Assembly (NCBI GenBank): GCA_038124525.1
Contig: JAYPCB010000004.1
Coordinates: forward strand, 1-42,200
From: Cryomorphaceae bacterium
GTDB lineage: Bacteria > Bacteroidota > Bacteroidia > Flavobacteriales > Schleiferiaceae
Length of the DNA stretch: 42,200 nt
Direction of reading: 5' to 3'
Shown here: positions 34,822 through 42,200 of the stretch, piece after piece
Position numbering within the stretch: the first letter of the stretch is position 1
Layout: every line of letters begins with the position of its first letter
Notes under the pieces: generated by a model
Seen by the model: only the letters and a program-made list of their open reading frames with translations
Databases searched by the model: none
Told to the model about the DNA's origin: nothing
Translations under genes and position numbers: made by a program

Positions 34822-36255
34822 TTAATAGTACGCCGGGCGCCGCACGCCCGTGAAGTGTTTGGCCAGTCGCAAGACTTGGCGACTGTATCCATATTCATTG
34901 TCGTACCAGATATACAAGATGGCGGTCATGCCATCTGGTGTTACCTGGGTGGCATGCACATCGAAGATGCTCGGTGCGGCATTTCCAACGATATCGCTCG
35001 ATACGAGTTCATTGGAGGTATTATAGTGGATCTGTTCTACCAACGGTCCTTCCAAGGCTGCCTGCTTGAAGGTGCTCAAGAGTTCCTTGAGATTCGTTTG
35101 CTTTTCTAATTGCAAATTCAAAATGGCCAAAGAGCCGTTCGGAACAGGGACACGGATAGCGGATGAGGTCAACTTAGCGCCCAAGCCTGGAATACACTTA
35201 TCTACAGCCTGGCCGGCACCCGTTTCGGTGATGACCATGTTCATGGCTGCTGCACGACCGCGGCGGTACTTCTTATGCATGTTATCGACCAAGTTCTGAT
35301 CGTTAGTGTAGGCATGGATGGTTTCCAAATGCCCCTTGGTAATGCCAAAGTGGTCGTTCACGACCTTGAGCACAGGAGTGATGGCATTCGTTGTACAACT
35401 GGCCGCAGAAATAATGCGGTCTTTTTTACTCACGTCCATTTGATTTACGCCGTGCACCACATTTGGGATGCCCTTGCCGGGTGCAGTCAACAAGACCCTG
35501 TCCACTCCTTTTGCCGCCAAATGCTTACTTAAGGCAACATCATCTCTAAAGGCCCCAGAGTTATCGATCAGCAGGGCGTCCTTAATGCCATAGGCTTCGT
35601 AATCTGCCTCTGCAGGGTTTGGCGTGGGAATGAAGTAGATGGGGCGCCCGTTTACCACAAGGGCCATGCGCTCTTCATCTACTAGTACGGTTCCAGGGAA
35701 ATCCCCGTGCACGGAATCAATTTTCCACAACGAGGCGCGTTTGTGGAGGCTGGCAGCATCTATGCTGCGAACGGCCACAGCACGTAGGCGCAACTGGTTT
35801 CCACTGCCTTCCTGCACGATGAGCTCACGGGCCAGGAGTCGGCCAATACGGCCAAAGCCAAACAACACCACATCGCGTGGTTCAAGGGTAGGGGTACGGA
35901 ACAAGTGCCCGAGGGTGTTGATGATGAAGGCTTCTGCAGTATCGTCCGTCTGCGTCCACTGGTGGGTGAGCTTGCCGATATCTATTTTGGCATGCTCAAT
36001 CCCCGTGCGCTTCAATGCTTTGAGCATTTCGAGGGTTCGGTCCACGGGAATGGCCTTGCCCACAAAATCATTGGCATATTGGTGAAGTTCTAGGATTTGG
36101 CTGGAGCTTTTGTCGCGCAACTGGTTGCGAAACAGGACAATCTCCACACCGCGGTTGTAAAATAATTCGTGTACACACGCACTGATGTCCACGGCGAGTC
36201 GCTCGTTTTCGATGCGAAGCCCGACTTTTTGAGAGTACTCATTTTGAGCAATCAT
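34822..36255 (-). CDS. Glyceraldehyde-3-phosphate dehydrogenase, long (about 480 aa) Gap2-type
   Basis: Has a Rossmann motif (VLFGFGRIGR), the catalytic SAASCTTNA, and a C-terminal WYDNEYGYS. I place the start at MIAQNEY, 30 nt downstream of a -7 box. Confidence 0.85.
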   Translation of the reverse strand: MIAQNEYSQKVGLRIENERLAVDISACVHELFYNRGVEIVLFRNQLRDKSSSQILELHQYANDFVGKAIPVDRTLEMLKALKRTGIEHAKIDIGKLTHQWTQTDDTAEAFIINTLGHLFRTPTLEPRDVVLFGFGRIGRLLARELIVQEGSGNQLRLRAVAVRSIDAASLHKRASLWKIDSVHGDFPGTVLVDEERMALVVNGRPIYFIPTPNPAEADYEAYGIKDALLIDNSGAFRDDVALSKHLAAKGVDRVLLTAPGKGIPNVVHGVNQMDVSKKDRIISAASCTTNAITPVLKVVNDHFGITKGHLETIHAYTNDQNLVDNMHKKYRRGRAAAMNMVITETGAGQAVDKCIPGLGAKLTSSAIRVPVPNGSLAILNLQLEKQTNLKELLSTFKQAALEGPLVEQIHYNTSNELVSSDIVGNAAPSIFDVHATQVTPDGMTAILYIWYDNEYGYSRQVLRLAKHFTGVRRPAYY

Positions 36256-36285
36256 AGTAGGTGAAATGTTGGTGGTTCTTTCCTG

Positions 36286-36293
36286 CAAAGTTA
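36286..36293 (-). promoter_or_regulatory. -7 box (TAacTTTG) for the gap-like gene
   Basis: Plus-strand CAAAGTTA. It supports the ATG at 36255 rather than the ORF start at 36327. Confidence 0.4.
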
Positions 36294-36407
36294 GGGACCA
36301 ATTCCACCAACGCCTACCCAAAAACAAACTTTTAGATGCTTGTAAAACAGTATGTTGTGTTCTTTTTCGGGTGTGTAATTTTTACACTTAGCAGCCGCCG
36401 GACGGCG

Positions 36408-36441
36408 AAAAAAATACGAGCGGGCCGCAGGCCCGCTCGTA
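36408..36441 (-). terminator. Intrinsic terminator of htrA
   Basis: TACGAGCGGGC pairs with GCCCGCTCGTA (an 11-bp stem). The plus-strand A7 reads as T7 on the minus strand. Confidence 0.75.
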
Positions 36442-36467
36442 TCAAAAATTTCATCTTGCTCGAGTGC

Positions 36468-37922
36468 TTACCACTCAAAGGCGTAGTAATTCGCCTTGCC
36501 ATTCGGCTCAAATCCTTGGATGAGGACGCCGTCCCCAGGATTGAATTGGCGTGCGAGGTTTTCAAATTTTTCCACCTCGTCGATGTAGATGTTGTTGAGC
36601 TTGATGATGATAAAACCTTCCGGGATGCCTGCCTTCTCGAAGCGACCGCCCAAGATTTCAGCAACACGGATGCCATTGCGAATGCCTAGCCTGCGCTTGT
36701 CGTTGGCGCTGAGGTTCTCGAGTTCCGCACCGAAGCTTCTGAGTAGCTCTTCTTCTTTGGTCAGCATTTCTGTGGTGCCCAATTTATTCTTGAGCAACAG
36801 CTCAAACTTCTTATTCTGACCGTTGCGGTTCACCACAATGTCGAGGCGTTCACCCGGACGGTGTTGGCCGAGGGCTTCGGTTAAATCGGCCCCGCTGCGC
36901 ACTTCTTTGCCTGCAACATTGATGATCACATCACCCAGCTTGAGGCCCGCGTCGTCTGCAGAACCTCCCGCAATGACATTCGCAACATAGACTCCGGAAT
37001 TTACGTTGAGGTCAAGTTCCGCGGCGAGGGCAGGGGTAACTTCATTGTAGTTGATGCCCATGAAGGCACGCTGTACTCGGCCAAAATCCTTCAGATCCTT
37101 GACCACCTTGAGCATGAGGTTAGAAGGCACGGCGAAGCTGTAGCCCTCGAATGAACCGCTGCGGGAAGAGATGGCAGTATTGATTCCGACCAATTCCCCG
37201 GCCGTATTCACCAAGGCCCCGCCCGAGTTGCCCGGGTTCACCGCGGCATCCGTTTGCAAGAAGCTTTCAATGGCACTCTGTTCGTCAATGATGTTGATGT
37301 CGCGCCCTTTGGCACTGATGATGCCTGCCGTCACAGTGCTGGTAAGGTTGAACGGGTTGCCCACCGCCAAGACCCATTGGCCGAGACGGACATTATCAGA
37401 ATTGGCCACTTGTACATAGTCCAATTCCCTTGCCTCAATCTTCAATAGCGCAATATCCGTCGTGGGATCCGTGCCCACCAACGTCGCCTTGTATTCATCG
37501 TTATTGGCGAGGGTAATGGTGATGTCCTTCGCACCGTCGATCACGTGGTTGTTGGTGACAATATATCCGTCTTCGGATAGAATCACGCCTGATCCGCTGC
37601 CCTGCACTTCAAAGCGCTGAGGAGTAGAGGGGCGCCCGAAAAACAGGTCGTTGAAGGGGTTGTAGTAATTCTGCACGCGCTCTGCCGTGGTTTTGACATG
37701 CACCACAGCTTCCACCGTTCGCTCTGCCGCGCCCACAAAATCCGAAGGCATGGCTGCCGCGGCCTCACTTAGGTTGGTGCGCTGGGCCGGAGGAGCTTCG
37801 CGTTCTTGGATGATAACCGTTTTACCGGAGTAGCCCATCAGGTGTGCACCGCCCAATGCGATGGCTGCACCCCCAAGGGCAGTGAAAAATAAAAGACCTA
37901 GCGTCTTCTTTGTGACTTTCAT
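36468..37922 (-). CDS. htrA: Do/HtrA-family serine endoprotease with two PDZ domains
   Basis: Has the catalytic triad contexts TNNHVI, DIALLKI and GNSGGAL, an N-terminal anchor, and two PDZ-like regions. The ORF track starts at the TTG at 37931; I prefer the ATG at 37922. Confidence 0.9.
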   Translation of the reverse strand: MKVTKKTLGLLFFTALGGAAIALGGAHLMGYSGKTVIIQEREAPPAQRTNLSEAAAAMPSDFVGAAERTVEAVVHVKTTAERVQNYYNPFNDLFFGRPSTPQRFEVQGSGSGVILSEDGYIVTNNHVIDGAKDITITLANNDEYKATLVGTDPTTDIALLKIEARELDYVQVANSDNVRLGQWVLAVGNPFNLTSTVTAGIISAKGRDINIIDEQSAIESFLQTDAAVNPGNSGGALVNTAGELVGINTAISSRSGSFEGYSFAVPSNLMLKVVKDLKDFGRVQRAFMGINYNEVTPALAAELDLNVNSGVYVANVIAGGSADDAGLKLGDVIINVAGKEVRSGADLTEALGQHRPGERLDIVVNRNGQNKKFELLLKNKLGTTEMLTKEEELLRSFGAELENLSANDKRRLGIRNGIRVAEILGGRFEKAGIPEGFIIIKLNNIYIDEVEKFENLARQFNPGDGVLIQGFEPNGKANYYAFEW

Positions 37923-38037
37923 AGCCTGCAATTTTTTGATGAAGGTTCCTTATCGTATCTTCAAATTGTACACCAAATCAACGTAGCTTACCCGCTGAAG
38001 TGCATAACTTTAACGCCTTTTAACATCCCAAGGAGTA

Positions 38038-38802
38038 ATGGCTTATACCTTTTACAAATACCACGGCGCCGGTAATGATTTTATCCTCTTCGACAACAGG
38101 TTGAGCAGGGTCCAATTATCTTCTGAGCGCATCGCCAAACTCTGCCACCGCCACTATGGCATAGGCGCGGATGGCCTGATGCTGCTAGAAAAGCCGCGCC
38201 ACGAAGGGGATGATTTTTACATGGTCTACTATAATGCCGACGGCAATGAAAGCACCATGTGCGGCAATGGCGGTCGTTGCATTGCCAAGTTCGCCCAAGA
38301 CCTCGGCCTCATTCAGGATAAAGCCACCTTTACGGCCATAGATGGTCCCCACTGGGCCACTTTTGATGGAGATCAGGTTGCCCTTGGAATGATCGATGCA
38401 CCTGCCGTTGAAGAGCGCCATGGAGGGTTGTTCATAAATACAGGTTCTCCACATCATGTTGAAAACCGTATGGCTGGGCCCGATTTTGTGTCGGTGGCCC
38501 GCGAACTTCGAAACCGTTATGGCGCCGAAGGATGCAATATCAACTTCATCCAAGCCTGCAATGATGAATTATCCATCAGGACCTACGAGCGTGGCGTAGA
38601 AGGGGAAACCCTCGCATGTGGCACTGGGGCGACCGGTGCGGCGATGGTCGCCGTGGCGAAGCAATGGGTATCCGCCGCACCCGTGAAACTCTATGCCCAG
38701 GGCGGAGTACTTGAGGTGGATTTCAAGGGTACGGGACCCTTTACCGATGTGGTATTGAAAGGCCCCGCTATTAAGGTGTTTGAAGGAACCATAGAACTAT
38801 AA
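38038..38802 (+). CDS. dapF: Diaminopimelate epimerase
   Basis: Has YHGAGNDFILFD, NADGNESTMCGNG and the second catalytic cysteine in LACGTGA. Confidence 0.95.
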   Translation: MAYTFYKYHGAGNDFILFDNRLSRVQLSSERIAKLCHRHYGIGADGLMLLEKPRHEGDDFYMVYYNADGNESTMCGNGGRCIAKFAQDLGLIQDKATFTAIDGPHWATFDGDQVALGMIDAPAVEERHGGLFINTGSPHHVENRMAGPDFVSVARELRNRYGAEGCNINFIQACNDELSIRTYERGVEGETLACGTGATGAAMVAVAKQWVSAAPVKLYAQGGVLEVDFKGTGPFTDVVLKGPAIKVFEGTIEL

Positions 38803-38807
38803 CCGTT

Positions 38808-39320
38808 ATGATACCTGTCAAAGATTTAGGCGTGTTGCGCGCCCCAGAAGAGTCAGATTTGAAGTGGCTCATGCACATTGAGAATGATTCCTCTATTTGG
38901 TACGTCAGCGCCACCAAGGAACCCTATTCTATGCTGAATCTAAGACAGTACTTGACGCGTCACGAAAATTTGGTAGCACACGGCCAATTGCGTTTGATTC
39001 TCGACGTAGACGGCGATCCTGTGGGTGCGGTCGATTTGTTCGATTACGACCCATTTACCAAACGAGCGGGCGTGGGCATTATGATTGAGGAAAAACATAG
39101 GGGGAAGGGCTGGTCGAAATTGGCCCTAGAAACTATGGAGCATTATGCCTACAATACCTTGCACGTGGAGAATTTATGTGCGCATGTGCCCATGATCAAT
39201 GAGCCAAGCCTACGGTTGTTCGAATCGCGCGGATTCCGAGAAGTTGGAGTGCTTATGCATTGGATTTGGTGGGAAGGTGAGTACGTCGATGCCAAAATCT
39301 TCCAAAAGATTATCCTATGA
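38808..39320 (+). CDS. GNAT family N-acetyltransferase (RimJ/RimL-like)
   Basis: Has the acetyl-CoA motif HRGKGWSKLAL and is 170 aa. Confidence 0.8.
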   Translation: MIPVKDLGVLRAPEESDLKWLMHIENDSSIWYVSATKEPYSMLNLRQYLTRHENLVAHGQLRLILDVDGDPVGAVDLFDYDPFTKRAGVGIMIEEKHRGKGWSKLALETMEHYAYNTLHVENLCAHVPMINEPSLRLFESRGFREVGVLMHWIWWEGEYVDAKIFQKIIL

Positions 39321-40345
39321 GAAAGACCCTAGTCCTCTTGTTCGGCATTTTGGTGCCGGCTGTGATGATTTGTATCGCTTATACCGGATACAATGTGGTC
39401 TTTGAGCCTAATGTGAATGAGGCGAAATTACCGTATAAGCTGTTTGTGAAAGAAGGTACGACCGCAGAGCAGCTGTACGCGCAATTGCTGGAGGATGAGG
39501 TATTGCTGAACCCACAAGGGTTTTTAATGCTCGCAAAAAACAAGGGGTTGGCCAAGGTTAAATCTGGCCACTACGTGATAGATCAAGGCATGAGTAACAA
39601 TACCTTGATCAATGCCTTGAAAGCGGGGTTGCAGGAACCTATTCGCATCACCTTTAATAGTGCCGATAATTTGGCGGACCTCGCGGGGAAATTGGGCAAG
39701 CAGTTGCTCGCAGATAGCACGGACTTGTACAAGGCATTGAAAGCGCCCATGGACGGATGGGAGGGGCCCTTGGCCTTAGGTGCCTTTTTACCGGATACCT
39801 ATGAGGTGTATTGGAACGCTTCTGCAAAATCCATCGCAAACAAGCTCTATCAAAACACAATCGCCTTCTGGACGCCGGTGCGCATCAAGCAAGCCGAAGC
39901 AATGAAAATGACGCCCGGAGAGATCAGTACCTTGGCCAGCATTGTCATGAAGGAAAGTTCTAAGGCCACCGACCGTCCCCTTGTGGCGCGATTGTATTTG
40001 AACAGGTTGCAGAAGGGGATGAGACTTCAGGCCGATCCTACGGTCATTTTTGCCTTGAATGATTTAAATCCTGAGCAGCCCGTGCGTCGAGTATTGACCC
40101 GGGATCTGAAGTTAGAGCATCCCTACAATACGTATGTAATCAAAGGTCTGCCGCCGGGACCTATATGTTTGCCGGAAAAGGCGGCTTTGCTCGCAGTTCT
40201 GGAGGCTCCAAAGCACGATTATCTCTTTATGTGTGCGAATCCAGATAACCCCGGTTATCATGCATTTGCGCGCAACTATGCGGGCCACTTGGTCAATCAG
40301 CGCCGCTGGACCCAATGGCTGGATTCGCAAAAAATTTACCGATAA
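39317..40345 (+). CDS. mltG: Endolytic murein transglycosylase MltG (YceG-like)
   Basis: Has an N-terminal TM helix, LASIVMKES, DPTVIFAL, YNTYVIKGLPPGPI and NPDNPGYHAFA. Confidence 0.9.
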   Translation: MRKTLVLLFGILVPAVMICIAYTGYNVVFEPNVNEAKLPYKLFVKEGTTAEQLYAQLLEDEVLLNPQGFLMLAKNKGLAKVKSGHYVIDQGMSNNTLINALKAGLQEPIRITFNSADNLADLAGKLGKQLLADSTDLYKALKAPMDGWEGPLALGAFLPDTYEVYWNASAKSIANKLYQNTIAFWTPVRIKQAEAMKMTPGEISTLASIVMKESSKATDRPLVARLYLNRLQKGMRLQADPTVIFALNDLNPEQPVRRVLTRDLKLEHPYNTYVIKGLPPGPICLPEKAALLAVLEAPKHDYLFMCANPDNPGYHAFARNYAGHLVNQRRWTQWLDSQKIYR

Positions 40346-40378
40346 CAAAAAACCGCGGCCTCCGGCCGCGGTTTTTTT
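40346..40378. terminator. Bidirectional terminator between mltG and clpB
   Basis: A-run, then AACCGCGGCC-tcc-GGCCGCGGTT, then T7. Confidence 0.8.
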
Positions 40379-40396
40379 ATTTGGGGTCGCCTGCTT

Positions 40397-42200
40397 CTAT
40401 GAGATAGGCAGGTCCACGTTTCTGAAGACCAACTCCCCTTCAAAGGCATCCAATAGAATCACGTCGTCGGCATTCACCTTGCCTGCAATGATATCCTTAC
40501 TCAGTGCATTGAGCACTTCGTTTTGAATGGCGCGTTTCACCGGTCGCGCGCCATATTGTGGGTCCCAACCGGCTTCGCTGAGATGCGCAATGGCCTCTGG
40601 ACTTGCCTCCAAGGTGATGTTCTGCTCGTTCAGGCGTCGCTTCACCACATTTAACTGCAAGCCCACAATCTTAGTCATCTCGCTTCTGTCGAGCGGGCTG
40701 AATACGCTGATCTCATCGATGCGGTTAATGAATTCTGGGCGTACGACTTTTTGTAAGAGTCCAATAAGCTCAGGTTTCAATCTATTCATCAAAGTGCTGT
40801 ATTCGGCACCGTCGTATTGATCGATGGCTTCGTTGATCAGGTGAGCGCCAATGTTGCTTGTCATGATCACTAAGGTGTTCTTGAAGTTCACCGTACGGCC
40901 CTTATTATCCGTCAGGCGGCCATCATCGAGCACCTGCAAGAGGATGTTGAAGTTATCTGGGTGCGCCTTTTCAATCTCGTCCAGGAGGACAACGCTGTAG
41001 GGCATGCGACGAACGGCCTCGGTTAATTGGCCCCCTTCATCGTATCCAACATATCCCGGAGGCGCGCCCACCAATCTGCTTACGCTATGCTTCTCTTGGT
41101 ATTCACTCATGTCAATGCGCGTCATCGCTTGCTCGTCATTGAAGAGGTAGGCCGCGAGGGCCTTAGCCAGCTCAGTTTTCCCCACCCCGGTAGTTCCAAG
41201 GAATAGAAAGCTCCCAATAGGCTTGTTAGGATCGCCCAAACCGGCTCTAGAACGGCGTATCGCGTCACTCACGGCGCCAATGGCAGCTTCCTGCCCAACG
41301 ACGCGCTTGTGGAGCTCTTCTTCCATTCGCAGCAGCTTCATGCGCTCGCTTTCCAACATCTTTTGAACGGGGATGCCGGTCCAGCGGCTCACAACCTCCG
41401 CAATATCTTCCGCTGTGACCTCTTCTTTGATCATCGTGCGTTCGCTGTTTTCAAGATCTGCTTCCGCCTTATTCAGTTCTTTCTCGGCCTCTTGCATCAA
41501 ACCATAGCGGATTTCAGCGACTCGCCCATAGTTGCCGGCGCGCTCCTCACGCTCGGCTTCAAGCTTGAACTGTTCTAAGCGTTCTTTGATTTCCTGAATG
41601 CGCTCTGCACTGTTTTTCTCACGTTCCCAAACGGCACTGAGGGCATCCCGTTCTTCATAGAGTTCGCTGAGCTCAGATTTAATAACGGCCAATTTCTTTT
41701 TATCGTCCTCACGTTTGATGCCTTCCTGCTCGATTTCAAGTTGAAGGATTTTACGGTCTAGAATGTCCAATTCCTCCGGCTTGGAGTTGATCTCCATCCG
41801 AATCTTAGAGGCCGCTTCGTCCATCAAGTCGATGGCTTTATCCGGAAGGAATCTATCGCTGATATAACGAGAGCTCAATTCCACCGCGCTAATGACCGCC
41901 TCATCCTTAATACGGACTTTGTGATGGGTTTCGTATTTCTCTTTGATCCCGCGCAAGATGCTAATGCTGCTCTCCTGATCTGGCTCTTCCACCATGACCT
42001 TTTGGAAGCGTCGCTCCAAGGCTTTATCCTTTTCAAAATACTTCTGGAATTCGTCTAGTGTAGTGGCACCAATAGCTCTAAGCTCCCCACGGGCCAATGC
42101 CGGCTTGAGGATATTGGCCGCGTCCATGGCGCCTTCGCTCTTGCCCGCACCGACTAAGGTGTGTATCTCGTCGATGAACAATAATATGTTGCCATCGCTG
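40397..42200 (-). CDS. clpB: ATP-dependent chaperone ClpB, 5'-truncated by the window edge
   Basis: Has [13 protein letters not shown], the M-domain coiled coil, the NBD2 Walker [10 protein letters not shown], Walker [12 protein letters not shown], and GARPVKR. The frame is open to the end of the window. Confidence 0.95.
   Translation of the reverse strand, partial: SDGNILLFIDEIHTLVGAGKSEGAMDAANILKPALARGELRAIGATTLDEFQKYFEKDKALERRFQKVMVEEPDQESSISILRGIKEKYETHHKVRIKDEAVISAVELSSRYISDRFLPDKAIDLMDEAASKIRMEINSKPEELDILDRKILQLEIEQEGIKREDDKKKLAVIKSELSELYEERDALSAVWEREKNSAERIQEIKERLEQFKLEAEREERAGNYGRVAEIRYGLMQEAEKELNKAEADLENSERTMIKEEVTAEDIAEVVSRWTGIPVQKMLESERMKLLRMEEELHKRVVGQEAAIGAVSDAIRRSRAGLGDPNKPIGSFLFLGTTGVGKTELAKALAAYLFNDEQAMTRIDMSEYQEKHSVSRLVGAPPGYVGYDEGGQLTEAVRRMPYSVVLLDEIEKAHPDNFNILLQVLDDGRLTDNKGRTVNFKNTLVIMTSNIGAHLINEAIDQYDGAEYSTLMNRLKPELIGLLQKVVRPEFINRIDEISVFSPLDRSEMTKIVGLQLNVVKRRLNEQNITLEASPEAIAHLSEAGWDPQYGARPVKRAIQNEVLNALSKDIIAGKVNADDVILLDAFEGELVFRNVDLPIS

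Noticed and set aside
1-42200. Scan for CRISPR arrays, transposases or IS ends, integrases, toxin-antitoxin pairs and known defence-system signatures
   Set aside because: I found no spaced direct repeats and no recognisable mobile or defence gene families other than the HNH gene at the left edge. Apart from the items listed as findings, the window reads as core genome.

Overview
This window looks like a mostly housekeeping chromosomal segment from a Bacteroidota (Flavobacteriia-like) genome. Three things support that placement: exact TAnnTTTG '-7' promoter boxes sit in front of many genes and all three tRNAs, one secreted protein carries a T9SS C-terminal sorting domain, and the rpmB-rpmG-DUF4295 trio is present. 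I call about 40 protein genes, including msrB, aroK, rlmD, rocD, zapA, rny, cinA, rpmB, rpmG, ftsY, rimO, miaE, gcvT, a long Gap2-type GAPDH, htrA, dapF, mltG and a 5'-truncated clpB. I also call three minus-strand tRNAs (Val-TAC, Leu-GAG, Lys-TTT) and many hairpin plus T-run terminators. I found no CRISPR array, transposase, integrase or recognisable defence system. The items most worth follow-up are: (1) a roughly 185-nt rod-like structured RNA candidate (6S-like) in the zapA-rny spacer; (2) an in-frame TAG that cuts the T9SS sorting domain of a 644-aa secreted protein, with the rest of the domain still readable in the same frame; (3) a translationally coupled operon of a degenerate MltD/LysM protein, two SGNH hydrolases and an MBOAT, which may be a peptidoglycan O-acetylation module; (4) a tight four-gene envelope operon of M23 peptidase, CarboxypepD_reg protein, TonB-dependent receptor and a small ORF; (5) a SulP/STAS transporter with an unexplained 216-aa C-terminal extension, coupled to a BNR propeller; (6) a low-GC HNH gene next to the 3' end of tRNA-Val at the left edge, possibly an island boundary. 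All functional calls come from motif recognition by eye; no database search was run.
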